Shown: piece after piece, positions 7,735-17,953 of the stretch
How the letters are laid out: each line of letters starts with the position of its first letter
Numbering within the stretch: position 1 is the first letter of the stretch
Virus record (IMG/VR): IMGVR_UViG_3300005980_000003
Span: 1 to 54,156 of that record
Strand: one strand, 5' to 3'
DNA: 54,156 nucleotides
From: a virus
Lineage: Duplodnaviria > Caudoviricetes
Notes under the pieces: generated by a model
What the model was told of the DNA's origin: nothing
The model's database searches: none
What the model saw: the letters and a program-made list of their open reading frames with translations, nothing else
Made by a program: the position numbers and the translations under genes

Positions 7735-9624
7735 TTAGCAGAAGAAGTAGGCTTCTTTGTTGTAGATCATGTCGCTTGTCAGTTCACGACTAACCAAAGG
7801 CATGTCAATGTTCAACTGACTGCACAGATGTGCAATTGGATCATTCTCTACAAAGATGATTTCATATGCACGGCAGATCAAGGCTTTCAACTTAGGAGTA
7901 TCTTTCAAAGCTGTACGGAAACAGTCATGAATAGATACATAACCTTCGATGCCAGCATCTTTAGCCAATGCTGCTACAGTACGAGCAATAAGCGCATCAA
8001 TGCCCTGAATGTAGTTAACCATGAATGTACGAGCATATTCCTCAGCAGATGGAGCCTTGTCACTAACAGTCAAGCCAGTATTCTTCAATTGGCTACCAAA
8101 GCTGATGATAGTGTTTTGAGTGTAACGAATGCTGGTGAATGTAGCTGTAAGCTCAACCTTGCCACACACAACCAAGTCAACAATCTGACCATCAATGTGA
8201 GTGTAGACAACATTAGACTTACCATTTGCCTCCATGATTGCTGCAACCTGTTCTGCCATGTACTCTTGAAGACCAATGATCTTCTTACCAAGTACACGCT
8301 TAACAGCTTCGATAGTAATGTTGGCAGCTTCTTCACTGTCTTCAATACCAGCGTCAAACATAACCTTCATGTAATCCTTTTGTTCGGTAAGTGCTTTCTT
8401 GCCACCACCGTATTGGATAGCCATGTAGGGTGTTTTCATTGCGTTACGATCAATACCAGCCATGTCCATCTGAATGGCACAAAGTGCATACGGGTCAAAC
8501 ACCTTCTTCATAGTGAAGCCAGTAGCCTCAAGAAGTTGTTTGTTACCTGCCAAGATAGCCAGGATCTGAGTACCCGAACATTTAGCATCCAAGCCCATTG
8601 GTACACGAACATCACACTCGCCAGTCTCTTCAAAGGTAACGAAGTAACGAGCAAGGCGAACATACATGAAAGGACTATCAACACCAGCACTCTCAAGGAA
8701 TGTCTTCAATGCACGTACAGGCGACTTACCAACACGCATCAGATACTCAGTGGACATGTACTTTGGATCTTTGCCAGCAGCTTCCTCAAGCTCATTCATG
8801 AAGAATGTGTAAGCCTCGCTATCCTTGGTAACAATAGACTCAACATTCAACTTGTAGATGCTGCGGTTGTAGTCATCACCTTGTGGGTTAGTACCAGCAT
8901 GTGCAACGTGATACATACGACCACGCTTGTCAGCTTTCTGCTCACTGTAGTAGTCAACACCAGCTTCCATGTCATTGATGCCATTCATGCTACCTTTCAC
9001 ATCTTTCCAGATAGCCAGCTCTGGAGTCTGTGACTTAACAAGGTTGATGATAGTTGTCATATCCATGTCAGCGCTGAATGGTGTTGCTTCCAAGTAACGC
9101 ATTGCTTTGTCCAACAGCTTGGATGGCTTAACCTTGCCACCTTTAACCTGCGACACACGACGATTGGTATCATCGATCATAGTTGTCAGAGGCGCTGTCT
9201 TCTCACTTACATAGCAAGCATCATAGAACTTCTGACTAACATAGAACACACCACCAAGTTCTTCCATGAAGCCCATTGTTACCAAGCTTTCAAGTGCATC
9301 ATTACATTCAACCATAACACCCAAGTCACGATTGCGAGCAACCATGTAACCAAAGCACCCTTTATACTGAGTGTTAAAAGACTCAACAGTATGTACACCT
9401 TCCTCAAGCATGAACATTGTCTTGAACATAGACGCTGCTATCACTTGCTTGTTGGCGATGGTGCAGGTGCTGTACATGTCACGCAGCATGATGTCTGCAA
9501 ACAGTTGTGGGATAACGGATTCAGCGGTGAGTTGTTCGGACTTACGCATAGTGTGTTTGCTCATGTGGGTAGCGATGGTGTTAGGAGTAGTGTTGTTAGC
9601 AGTTACGTTAGTGATTGCGTTCAT
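7735..9624 (-). CDS. Single-subunit T7-superfamily RNA polymerase 1 (Chaseviridae early type)
   Basis: DKRGRMY, NPQGDD, motif A LDAKCSGTQ, motif B RNAMKTPYMAIQYGG, motif C IHDCF. Confidence 0.92.
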   Translation of the reverse strand: MNAITNVTANNTTPNTIATHMSKHTMRKSEQLTAESVIPQLFADIMLRDMYSTCTIANKQVIAASMFKTMFMLEEGVHTVESFNTQYKGCFGYMVARNRDLGVMVECNDALESLVTMGFMEELGGVFYVSQKFYDACYVSEKTAPLTTMIDDTNRRVSQVKGGKVKPSKLLDKAMRYLEATPFSADMDMTTIINLVKSQTPELAIWKDVKGSMNGINDMEAGVDYYSEQKADKRGRMYHVAHAGTNPQGDDYNRSIYKLNVESIVTKDSEAYTFFMNELEEAAGKDPKYMSTEYLMRVGKSPVRALKTFLESAGVDSPFMYVRLARYFVTFEETGECDVRVPMGLDAKCSGTQILAILAGNKQLLEATGFTMKKVFDPYALCAIQMDMAGIDRNAMKTPYMAIQYGGGKKALTEQKDYMKVMFDAGIEDSEEAANITIEAVKRVLGKKIIGLQEYMAEQVAAIMEANGKSNVVYTHIDGQIVDLVVCGKVELTATFTSIRYTQNTIISFGSQLKNTGLTVSDKAPSAEEYARTFMVNYIQGIDALIARTVAALAKDAGIEGYVSIHDCFRTALKDTPKLKALICRAYEIIFVENDPIAHLCSQLNIDMPLVSRELTSDMIYNKEAYFFC

Positions 9625-10025
9625 AATGTGTTCTCACATTAGGTAGATCATTAAGGTTGTGGTGCTATAGCAACAGTGAAGCGTCACGCTTATGTAATAG
9701 GCATGGTGTTTAGTTCCAAACGGCTAGGTTGAGGAAAAACGGTACTTGGAGCCTCCTTATTGTGCTGATGCCAGGCGCTTGCTCCATTTACAATAAAAAT
9801 TTGAAATCCGGGTTACAGACTTGTCCCGATACTTATTTCAAGGTTGTTAAAAAAAAATATTAAAATGTTGTTTCGAAAAGCTTTTGTATCAATATTGTTA
9901 AAAGCTCTTTTCTCAAAGCTTTTACAAAAATTCGCGACGACATATTCGTGAGGACTTGTCCGAACAATATAATCATCCGTGTCCATTCGTTATATGTTGT
10001 TTTTGTGTATAGGTCGGGGCTAACT

Positions 10026-10048
10026 CTTCACACCATTGCGGTGTGAAG
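10026..10048 (-). terminator. Hairpin at end of late/lysis operon
   Basis: CTTCACACC-GCAAT-GGTGTGAAG, 9-bp stem; no strong U-tract. Confidence 0.45.
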
Positions 10049-10118
10049 TTGTGAGAAAGGCTTTGTGATAATTACCTTTCCCACTTTATTCTGTAACTAG
10101 TTTCGACCTATTACTGTC

Positions 10119-10307
10119 TTATGCCTGTGGAGCATCTGGAGCAGCAACGATATTCACGTCTTTCAGGATTAGGTGAATGGTGTCTGCGCTCAAACCCAGG
10201 GTGTTGTCAGTGCGAGCTTGCAGGGTAGTTACACCTGCTTTAACAATGCCCAGCAGCAGTTGGCTACCTAGTTGCAGAACGATCTTAGTCAAGAGTGATG
10301 CGAACAT
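10119..10307 (-). CDS. Small amphipathic lysis-region protein
   Basis: GGAG RBS; hydrophobic/amphipathic N-terminus; last gene of late operon. Confidence 0.6.
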   Translation of the reverse strand: MFASLLTKIVLQLGSQLLLGIVKAGVTTLQARTDNTLGLSADTIHLILKDVNIVAAPDAPQA

Positions 10308-10327
10308 AATTTGTTCTCCTATTTGTT

Positions 10328-10600
10328 TTAAGGGTGTGCTGCAAGGTATGCAGCGATAAGTGCATCAATAGTTGCAACTGTAACTGGTGCAGCGCCGTTA
10401 ATGGTTTCAACCTCTAAAGTCACTGTAGTTACATCAGTACAGCTCACAGAAGTGACCTCAACAAGCCCATTTGCATCTTCACAAACAGGGTTAATGAGGG
10501 TAGTTCTGACGTTAATACCGCCCTGCAAACCGATTAAATCGACTGGTAAAGCTGGATTTGCAGGTGGAAAATCACTGAATTTGGAGCCTACTGGCGTCAT
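10328..10600 (-). CDS. Hypothetical protein
   Basis: 90 aa, directly downstream of endolysin. Confidence 0.65.
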   Translation of the reverse strand: MTPVGSKFSDFPPANPALPVDLIGLQGGINVRTTLINPVCEDANGLVEVTSVSCTDVTTVTLEVETINGAAPVTVATIDALIAAYLAAHP

Positions 10601-10604
10601 TTAA

Positions 10605-11066
10605 CTATGCTGCTACAGCAACTGGAGCAGACAGATAAAGAGCCTTTTCACGCAAGCGACGGGCATTCAAACCCTCGCTATAAGTCAATTGACCGTTGAT
10701 TGTTACCTTGTTCCACATCTGAAATGCAGCAGCAGCATCACGGAAGTTACCCGCGTTGTGTTGGCGCAGCACTGTAGATGTTTGAAATGCGTAAACACCG
10801 ATGTTGAAAGTTAAACTCATGAAGGCGTCAAACTGGGCCTGTGTAGCAGCCCGCTTGAGGGCGCTGGAGACGGCCTTTTCAACACCCGCTACATGTGTGT
10901 CCCGCGCGGCGTCGGCCTGCTCCTGGGTCCACTCCAGCCCCTCCTTGATGTCCTCCCCCGTCTGGCCCCAGCCGATAGTCCAAACGCCCTTGATATCCTG
11001 GTAAGCCTTCAACTTACAGCCTTCCGACTTCTGAATTGCTTGCAAACCCTCTACAGATGTTTTCAT
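10605..11066 (-). CDS. Endolysin, GH24 phage lysozyme
   Basis: E-x8-D-x5-T triad (SEGCKLKAYQDIKGVWTIGWG); QAQFDAFMSLTFNIG; GLNARRLRE. Confidence 0.95.
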   Translation of the reverse strand: MKTSVEGLQAIQKSEGCKLKAYQDIKGVWTIGWGQTGEDIKEGLEWTQEQADAARDTHVAGVEKAVSSALKRAATQAQFDAFMSLTFNIGVYAFQTSTVLRQHNAGNFRDAAAAFQMWNKVTINGQLTYSEGLNARRLREKALYLSAPVAVAA

Positions 11067-11395
11067 TGTTTGTTCTCCCGCTTGTTAAGTATGCACTGCA
11101 CCTCGGCACAGTTATTCGTAGACTCTTTGATGAAGATTTTGATTGCCAACAAATTCACAGCCACACTTAAGGTTGTGACAATTGCAGCAAGAGGGTGAAT
11201 CACAATGTGATCCCCCTGGAAATACAAGATCATACTTTCAGCCAGATACAGAACACCGATAATAACTATCAGGATGGCTACACAGCGTGGACCTGAGTCA
11301 CAGTTGTCCATAGTTCTAATGGCTTGCACACCGGAGTACACACTGTATGCGAATGCCAGGAATACGAGTACCGCGATAATAGTGTGAGCTATCAC
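11063..11395 (-). CDS. Three-TM membrane protein (holin/antiholin-like)
   Basis: Three hydrophobic helices; adjacent to endolysin. Confidence 0.6.
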   Translation of the reverse strand: MIAHTIIAVLVFLAFAYSVYSGVQAIRTMDNCDSGPRCVAILIVIIGVLYLAESMILYFQGDHIVIHPLAAIVTTLSVAVNLLAIKIFIKESTNNCAEVQCILNKRENKQ

Positions 11396-11685
11396 TTGAT
11401 CACCTCCTGAGTCTTGCTTAAGAATTTACCCTCAAGAATATCCAACAGTGGTTGAGCAGTGAAGCCAACCATAAGAATGATGCCATCACGATATGCGACA
11501 TCAAGGGGAATAAACTTACCTACGGTGATGCCTGCGAACAATGCAATAGCAAGGTGTAGGAGAAAACGACCAAGGGAGAATGGTTCATCCCCTTTAAGTA
11601 ATCTGTGGCACTGCTTTGCAACAGCACCTGCAACAGCAAACAAACCTAACTGTAAAAGCTCTAGGAGTTTGTCATATGGGAACAT
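11392..11685 (-). CDS. Putative holin
   Basis: 97 aa, 2-3 TM segments, charged C-terminus; heads the lysis cassette. Confidence 0.7.
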   Translation of the reverse strand: MFPYDKLLELLQLGLFAVAGAVAKQCHRLLKGDEPFSLGRFLLHLAIALFAGITVGKFIPLDVAYRDGIILMVGFTAQPLLDILEGKFLSKTQEVIK

Positions 11686-11727
11686 AGAACCTCCTAATTT
11701 AACTCCTTACCCAAAGTAATTTAGTAT

Positions 11728-12309
11728 TTAAACAAGACAATTGGGTGTGGTTGGTCTTGAGGCAGCATCTGGAAACTTCGAATCCAATGGCCAACCCCGC
11801 AATGCATTTCGGTAAAGTTGTAGTTCTTTGTAGTCCGCACTTGAGATGGTGAGTGGCATATCCATTTCTATTTCATCCCTATGTCTAGCCACTAAACCAT
11901 CTGTAGCAGACAGTGCGCGATCCCTCCATGTGCGCTCCTTTACCTCTTGCTCATCTTTAGACAATGGTGCAGGTTTAGCTAAAAAAGGCACACCATTATC
12001 ATCGGAACTAATCAGCAGCCCCTGTCCTTGCCCCTCCAGTAACCCTAAGTAGGTTTCCTCACTGATAACCACAAGCTCATCTTCCGGTGGGAGTGTGCAT
12101 TGTGGGTTAGCTACGGATACCTTGTTTGGATATGCCAAGGGGTCGATAACTTTAATTTTTGGTTTTGTTGACACATCTGGGTCAGCACCCGGATCATCAA
12201 CTTCTATAAGTGGGGCAGTCCAAGTGGGGTCATCAACTTCTATAAACCTAGGTCCATGCATTCGGTCCATAAAAAACCCGCCAACCTTCTTGTGGTAGTA
12301 GATGCCCAT
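11728..12309 (-). CDS. Tail fibre assembly chaperone
   Basis: ERTWRDRAL..TDGLVARHRDE...YRNALRGWP..FP pattern typical of Pseudomonas Tfa proteins. Confidence 0.85.
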   Translation of the reverse strand: MGIYYHKKVGGFFMDRMHGPRFIEVDDPTWTAPLIEVDDPGADPDVSTKPKIKVIDPLAYPNKVSVANPQCTLPPEDELVVISEETYLGLLEGQGQGLLISSDDNGVPFLAKPAPLSKDEQEVKERTWRDRALSATDGLVARHRDEIEMDMPLTISSADYKELQLYRNALRGWPLDSKFPDAASRPTTPNCLV

Positions 12310-13119
12310 TTAGTAGCCCTCTGCTTCTATCATGATTGTTAATCCAGATTGCACCCATGCGTTCCACTCGTCAGCCCTAATGCCACACCCACTAACTGTT
12401 GGATTGAAATATGAGGCTGAAAGAGTTGCACTAGAGCCTGAACTCTGCAAAAGTGATATTTTCACTGTGTCAATCCTAGTTGGGAATACCATGGGCCACG
12501 TTACTGAACCAGTATAGTTAGTAGAAATGTCACCAAGGAACAAACTTACCTTCTGTCTAATTAACCCTGTGTCTGCGCACTTCCACCACCCTGGCACCCC
12601 TTGTTGACAGGTATTTCTAGGGAGTGCGGTATTAGACACAAGGAGAACTATGTTATTAGTACTCGACTGTCTGACATACGGCAATGATGGGTTGTTGCTA
12701 ACAAGTCCAACAGTCGAAACCCAATCTGCGTCAGTCTTATATGATAGTTGTGTGGCAGTGGCTAAACGGATAATGGCCGTAGAGTCAGATTGAAAATATG
12801 GGTAGGTAACATCCCCACTGGAAAAGCCTGCGGTAATAATGGCATCCCTGCCAACTCTTTTAGCTAGCTCAATTTGTGTCAAGGTTGAGACTGGTTTATC
12901 CATGTCGCTGGTGTTGTTTACATTTTGCAGGCCGATGGTAGCCCGATTTGCGGTGGCGTCAACATCATCAAGAAGCGACAAACCTTGATTTGTCACAACA
13001 CTGTTAACACCCTTAATTTTTTTGCCAGATGTACCATCGAATAAAACCAAGGCCCCATCTGTGATGGCTGCGGGGCCAACCACATCCCCCGTTGAAAGTA
13101 ATACCACTGGATCTGTCAT
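12310..13119 (-). CDS. Tail fibre protein
   Basis: GLQNVNNTSDMDKPVST repeat motif; GWWKCADTGLIRQ C-terminal fibre motif. Confidence 0.85.
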   Translation of the reverse strand: MTDPVVLLSTGDVVGPAAITDGALVLFDGTSGKKIKGVNSVVTNQGLSLLDDVDATANRATIGLQNVNNTSDMDKPVSTLTQIELAKRVGRDAIITAGFSSGDVTYPYFQSDSTAIIRLATATQLSYKTDADWVSTVGLVSNNPSLPYVRQSSTNNIVLLVSNTALPRNTCQQGVPGWWKCADTGLIRQKVSLFLGDISTNYTGSVTWPMVFPTRIDTVKISLLQSSGSSATLSASYFNPTVSGCGIRADEWNAWVQSGLTIMIEAEGY

Positions 13120-13129
13120 TAATACCCTC

Positions 13130-14551
13130 CTAAATGTTGGAGACTTGTTGGGAAGTCAAAGGTGAAAGCCAAACCCGGAAACTGTTTAAGTACCTGGCTC
13201 CGAATGGGTAGGTGGAATTACTAAACTCATAACTGGTATTTGGTATGGCATCTTGGGCAGAGTTAACTGTTGCCTTTAGTGCTCCATCCAAGTACACAAA
13301 AGTCTTGTTCAAACTTAAGTTTGACACAACAACAAACTTATGATTAATGGTGTGGTCCACTGGGGCTATCAGCACGCTGCTGGGTGTACCAGAAAGTACA
13401 GATCTGAAGTAGTAATTACCCGAGTTCAAAAGTATCGCAGGGGTATTTGTTCCTGGTGTATAGAATAGAGCCACATCAGTTGTGCTAGTTGATTGCACAT
13501 CCAGGCAGTATGTATAGTTTCTAGAGCCAGCCCCATTAAGTGCAGTTGGAAAACTAAGGGACTCTAAATCTACTTGGTTAGTTAAGAGCATGCCTAGTAC
13601 TGTGTATCTTGGGGTATTTAGTGGTGCGGTTTGTGTTGCCCCACTTTTATCCAAATATCCCCGGCTACTTGCTGGACCTATAAAGGTGGCTGAGCCGACA
13701 CCAGATAACAGTACTAAACTATTCCTGAAAGCAATCTCACAATCGGGGGAGGGTGGGACATAGTTAGACTCTGCTGCCTCCCTGGCTGCAATATAACTTG
13801 ACTCAATAAGTAAGTTACTTTTGACGCTGGAGTCGTCCACGTACACAGCTTTGTTGCTGCTATCTAACCCCAACTTCGCATTTGCACCTTGAGCGAGGAA
13901 TGTGCCGGCACTACCTGACAGTAATTGTGCTGCATAACTAGTGGCACCAATACCTGTACTAGCAAATAGGTGCTTAACCAGCCCTGTGTAGCTACCACCA
14001 GTGACAGGTACAGCCCCAGCTTGCATAGCGGTAACGTTGTGTACGTTGCCAGTAATGTTATTGGTGTGTGTATTCAGTGCGGTTTGTACTGTTGCCACTT
14101 TACTGTCTATCACTACTTTGCTGTAAGTGTTTAGAATATCCACAGTAAGTTGGTGGGGGTTTGAAGTGTTGGCAATGTGGTTAGACCAGTTAGCAACCGC
14201 CAAATCGTATTGCGCCCTGGAAATCTGTACAGAGGATTTATCCCACTGGGTAGAATTCAAACTGGGCCGTATAGCTACATTTGGGCTTGCTACCTTGGAT
14301 ACATATACGGAACCATCTGTCTCATCCCATACTATCGCAGCCAGCTTGTAGTCAAGGTCTCCACCCCACTCAAACACACCACGTTCAGCCAGTGACACAA
14401 TATTGGTGTCGTAGCGATTGTTGATGTAGTTAAGCATTTGATATACGGGGATTTCTGGAACCCACCCAAGTTTCCACTTCGCAGCCCCAGGGTCGATATT
14501 AGGACTAACAGGTGCAGCAGCCCACACCCTACCTAATTGCATTGCACTCAT
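13130..14551 (-). CDS. Tail fibre / baseplate-associated protein
   Basis: KWKLGWVPEIP fibre N-terminus; H..NTSNPH repeats; beta-rich C-terminus. Confidence 0.75.
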   Translation of the reverse strand: MSAMQLGRVWAAAPVSPNIDPGAAKWKLGWVPEIPVYQMLNYINNRYDTNIVSLAERGVFEWGGDLDYKLAAIVWDETDGSVYVSKVASPNVAIRPSLNSTQWDKSSVQISRAQYDLAVANWSNHIANTSNPHQLTVDILNTYSKVVIDSKVATVQTALNTHTNNITGNVHNVTAMQAGAVPVTGGSYTGLVKHLFASTGIGATSYAAQLLSGSAGTFLAQGANAKLGLDSSNKAVYVDDSSVKSNLLIESSYIAAREAAESNYVPPSPDCEIAFRNSLVLLSGVGSATFIGPASSRGYLDKSGATQTAPLNTPRYTVLGMLLTNQVDLESLSFPTALNGAGSRNYTYCLDVQSTSTTDVALFYTPGTNTPAILLNSGNYYFRSVLSGTPSSVLIAPVDHTINHKFVVVSNLSLNKTFVYLDGALKATVNSAQDAIPNTSYEFSNSTYPFGARYLNSFRVWLSPLTSQQVSNI

Positions 14552-14560
14552 AATCTCTCC

Positions 14561-15757
14561 TTAACGCGGAATACGAAGTTTCTGTCTTGGTGTAAGTCGT
14601 TGAGACCACACCCTAAAATTCTTTACATTGCCAGTAACACCAAAATAATAAGTAAGGTCGCTATTGGTAAATTGTACATCCGAGACCACTACCGCACCAT
14701 TCAATGTGTAAGATATGCAACCATCCCTGCATCCGAAAACCCCGGGGGCTGCAACTACTAGGGAAGTACCTGTCGCAAGTTTTAGTCCCAAGGTTTCAAA
14801 GGCTGGGGCATTAACAGCAGCAGTTTGTGCGACCAATCCCCTGTCGGTGTACGCCAAAGTTGTTGCCCGGTTTAGCGTCAATGTATTAGCAGTATTGCTT
14901 GCAAGTAGGTTTGTCATCAGTGGAAAATGTAAGTCTGGTTTGGGCATTACAAAGGATGGGTTATACCGCTGATTAACTGCGGGATAGCTAGCAGCAGTTA
15001 AGATGCCCTGCCACCTACCGCCCTTGTAATAATCCGCCACCCCAAGTCCAATTGCCCCAACCTTACTTCTGAATGAGACAAAGGTAGATGCATTGGTCAT
15101 AAGTTCGCAGTCTGTACCAATACTCAGGTTATCCAAGTAGTTTACTTGCCCTAGAAAACTTCCCCCAGTGGTTGGGATTGTGCCTATGCCTATTGCAGTA
15201 TCTAAGTGTGGATTATCCACCCTTGCTGCATGTGCTGACACTGCATCATTGACAAACTTAACCTGTGCATCAATTGTAGCTTTATAACTTCCACCAATAC
15301 TTGCGCTGGTTATGTCGTCATTATGGGAATTCTGCCCAGGGGTTGTATGCGTACCAAGTTTATTTTGCATGTCTGAAATTGTTGCAAGGTAATCCACAGC
15401 AGTGCTGAACTTCACTGGAGACCAGTTTAATGTTTGCGTGGTCGGCAACTTGTTATGATTTGTTGGGTATATAGAGACATAGGTGACACCCCCGTAAGTA
15501 GTGAGTGCCCCCAACTTATAATAAGCGTCTTCATCCCAGGGAAGTTTTCCGTACTGCGCCACACACTTAACTCTTGTCTCTCGTAAGTTAATTATGTAGT
15601 TTTCCCATTCCTCTGGCTCAGTTTCTGACTGCCACCCTCTTGCTGTTTTGCCCGGCCCACCCTCCCCGCTCGGGTGATTTACATCAACCTCTGGATCAAC
15701 CACAAATGCAGCAGGATCAGATGCCCAAACATTAGTGATGTCATTTCTGTTTGTCAT
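14561..15757 (-). CDS. Tail fibre / baseplate-associated protein (paralogous architecture to 13130-14551)
   Basis: VWA...GW..E...EW N-terminus; H...DNPH repeat. Confidence 0.75.
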   Translation of the reverse strand: MTNRNDITNVWASDPAAFVVDPEVDVNHPSGEGGPGKTARGWQSETEPEEWENYIINLRETRVKCVAQYGKLPWDEDAYYKLGALTTYGGVTYVSIYPTNHNKLPTTQTLNWSPVKFSTAVDYLATISDMQNKLGTHTTPGQNSHNDDITSASIGGSYKATIDAQVKFVNDAVSAHAARVDNPHLDTAIGIGTIPTTGGSFLGQVNYLDNLSIGTDCELMTNASTFVSFRSKVGAIGLGVADYYKGGRWQGILTAASYPAVNQRYNPSFVMPKPDLHFPLMTNLLASNTANTLTLNRATTLAYTDRGLVAQTAAVNAPAFETLGLKLATGTSLVVAAPGVFGCRDGCISYTLNGAVVVSDVQFTNSDLTYYFGVTGNVKNFRVWSQRLTPRQKLRIPR

Positions 15758-15773
15758 TTACCACACCCTCAGT

Positions 15774-16454
15774 TTAAGATCTAATAACAATAGCCCCATG
15801 GTTGTCCCTAAGAGTCATTGATGTACAAATAGGCCGAACACCATCGATCATCAACCCGATAGATATACGTTGCAGTTGGGTGAGGTCTTCATGAATAAAA
15901 ATATCAACATGAAGACTGCCCTCCTTAATTTCGGTGTCGCAATTAAAACCAATGATCAAATCAATGTACAACAGAACATCTTCAATGCAGCAGTTGGTCA
16001 TGTTCTTAATGATCTTGGCGTAAATAGCTTTCTTGTAAGTTAAGTCATCCATAACATAGTCAGCAGAATCCCTGTCTGTTACCGACTTGTAGATTCCACC
16101 AATGGTTGGGGAGGAAATATCCCCAATAGATGGGGTTGCAGATTGTGGGTCATCATAGAAACCAAAGTATCCTAGGGATGCGGCACCGTAAAAGATGCGC
16201 CCAATACCTACAATCTCCCCAATCACATCCAACTGTTTACCTTTGGCATCTGACAAGTACCGAAGGTTTATAGAATCCTCAATTGCCTTGTTTACAATAT
16301 CCACTTCCTGCAAAAAGCAATTGATATACGCAGAAAGGTTTGGAGAACTCTTGTATTGCATCAGCAATAAGGATTGCAACTTTTCAGAGGGAATTGCAAA
16401 TTGAACTGTTGGTGCAGGTTGTAGAGGTACATAGTCAGCGCTGCTATACGACAT
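15774..16454 (-). CDS. Baseplate wedge protein, DUF2612
   Basis: AKGKQLDVIGEIVGIGR...YFGF; follows baseplate J. Confidence 0.85.
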   Translation of the reverse strand: MSYSSADYVPLQPAPTVQFAIPSEKLQSLLLMQYKSSPNLSAYINCFLQEVDIVNKAIEDSINLRYLSDAKGKQLDVIGEIVGIGRIFYGAASLGYFGFYDDPQSATPSIGDISSPTIGGIYKSVTDRDSADYVMDDLTYKKAIYAKIIKNMTNCCIEDVLLYIDLIIGFNCDTEIKEGSLHVDIFIHEDLTQLQRISIGLMIDGVRPICTSMTLRDNHGAIVIRS

Positions 16455-17580
16455 TTACCACGACCTTACTCGCATCAGTACGTGCCCGTTGTTGGGCAGT
16501 GATCGGCAAGTTCTGTTGGGCAAATGCCCCACCAATAGTAAACTTTATTTGGATTGAGTTTACTTTGATGTTTGGTACAGTGGCCAAAGTGGCTGTAACC
16601 ATTTCCCCCCAGTCAACTCCTTCGGAGATATTCAACCCATTTGTGTGGTCAACTAACGCACCTTGCGCCAAAGTGGCAGAGTCAATGCTTGCCCCTGGTT
16701 TGTTTGAGATACTCATAAGTATGCTGACATCTACTGGATATGGCCTACTCAAACCAATGTAGTGTGGGTAGCCCTTCGAATCATTGATTGTTGTAACAAT
16801 ACTTCCAAAGGCTTGCGCGCCTTGCGGTTTGTTGTCATAGATGGCTTTAGACACTTCTTGTGGTGTGCCACCCTCAACAACAGTTAGAAAACTCTTGGCT
16901 GGGATGCCATCAACAACAGCATCAGTTCTGTTTTCAACGATTGCAATGTATGGAAGATTTAACGCACGCACTGCTTCGTATATTGCATCAACACTGTTTG
17001 TGCCACGGCTGATGGTAGAACCTTCCCGTCTGGCTCGCAGTGCTGGATCTTCCTCTTTCACAATCCCTGTAATACCTGGCTCAAGGTTAACTGCACTTGT
17101 AAGCCCAGGGATAGTTGTGGACAACACATGAACATCGCCAGCAATAATCTTGATAGCCCCTTGTGTTTTGCATACTGCCGTAACGACTGCTGGAATAGTA
17201 GCCAACGCAACTGTTGCAAATTCAAGTTTGTCATCAGTGCGGATGATGTACCCTGCTGGGATATTGGTACCAGTTGTTCCCGCAAAGGTAACTGCAACAC
17301 TTGTAGGGCGGTTGGTGATCCGTGTTACCCCGTTAAGCTCAACCACCTTATCTAAACCAATACCAAAGGTATCGGATGGACTAAAGGCATTATATGCAGC
17401 CTCAGCTTTCTCCCAAATATCCCCCAATACGTCTGCCATAATGCCAATGCACTGCCCATCAGGACTTGTTGGGGATACGTCAAACTGGGTGCCAAATGCA
17501 GCAGTGAATCGGGAGTTTAGATTAGTTGTAATCTCTGGAACTGTTTTTGTAGTAAAACCTTGCTCTGTTACACCTGCCAC
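16444..17580 (-). CDS. Baseplate J-like protein
   Basis: SPDGQ.IG, GIGLD, EEDPALRAR motifs. Confidence 0.9.
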   Translation of the reverse strand: MAGVTEQGFTTKTVPEITTNLNSRFTAAFGTQFDVSPTSPDGQCIGIMADVLGDIWEKAEAAYNAFSPSDTFGIGLDKVVELNGVTRITNRPTSVAVTFAGTTGTNIPAGYIIRTDDKLEFATVALATIPAVVTAVCKTQGAIKIIAGDVHVLSTTIPGLTSAVNLEPGITGIVKEEDPALRARREGSTISRGTNSVDAIYEAVRALNLPYIAIVENRTDAVVDGIPAKSFLTVVEGGTPQEVSKAIYDNKPQGAQAFGSIVTTINDSKGYPHYIGLSRPYPVDVSILMSISNKPGASIDSATLAQGALVDHTNGLNISEGVDWGEMVTATLATVPNIKVNSIQIKFTIGGAFAQQNLPITAQQRARTDASKVVVNVV

Positions 17581-17945
17581 TATGCACCTCCCGTTACTGC
17601 TACTGTACTGTTAAATGTTCCCCAATCTGATAGAGCCTCAAAAGTAACTGTCAGCACTCGTGTAACTTTATCGAGTACTAAGGAAATGCTTGTCACATCC
17701 AACACATGTGGTGTGCCCTTGATGCAACTAAGAATGAGCCCTTCAACAAGGGATAGATCTGGATTACTTCGCATGATGTCGGAGAACCAAGGGAGACCTA
17801 AGTTTGGGTCTGCACTCCATTCCCCCAACACTGTAAGCAATCGAGTCTTTGTTAACTGCGCCGTGTACTCCAAACCACTAACACGAGCAGTGCCACGGCC
17901 AATAATAATGTCGTGGTTTGAATCCAGTTTTAAATTAAATGCCAT
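17580..17945 (-). CDS. Baseplate wedge / sheath initiator (gp25-like)
   Basis: GEWSADPNLGLPW motif; position. Confidence 0.8.
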   Translation of the reverse strand: MAFNLKLDSNHDIIIGRGTARVSGLEYTAQLTKTRLLTVLGEWSADPNLGLPWFSDIMRSNPDLSLVEGLILSCIKGTPHVLDVTSISLVLDKVTRVLTVTFEALSDWGTFNSTVAVTGGA

Positions 17946-17953
17946 AAGCCTCC

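Noticed and set aside
7690-9033. 447-aa plus-strand ORF
   Set aside because: Antisense shadow of RNAP1 caused by codon bias; no motifs.
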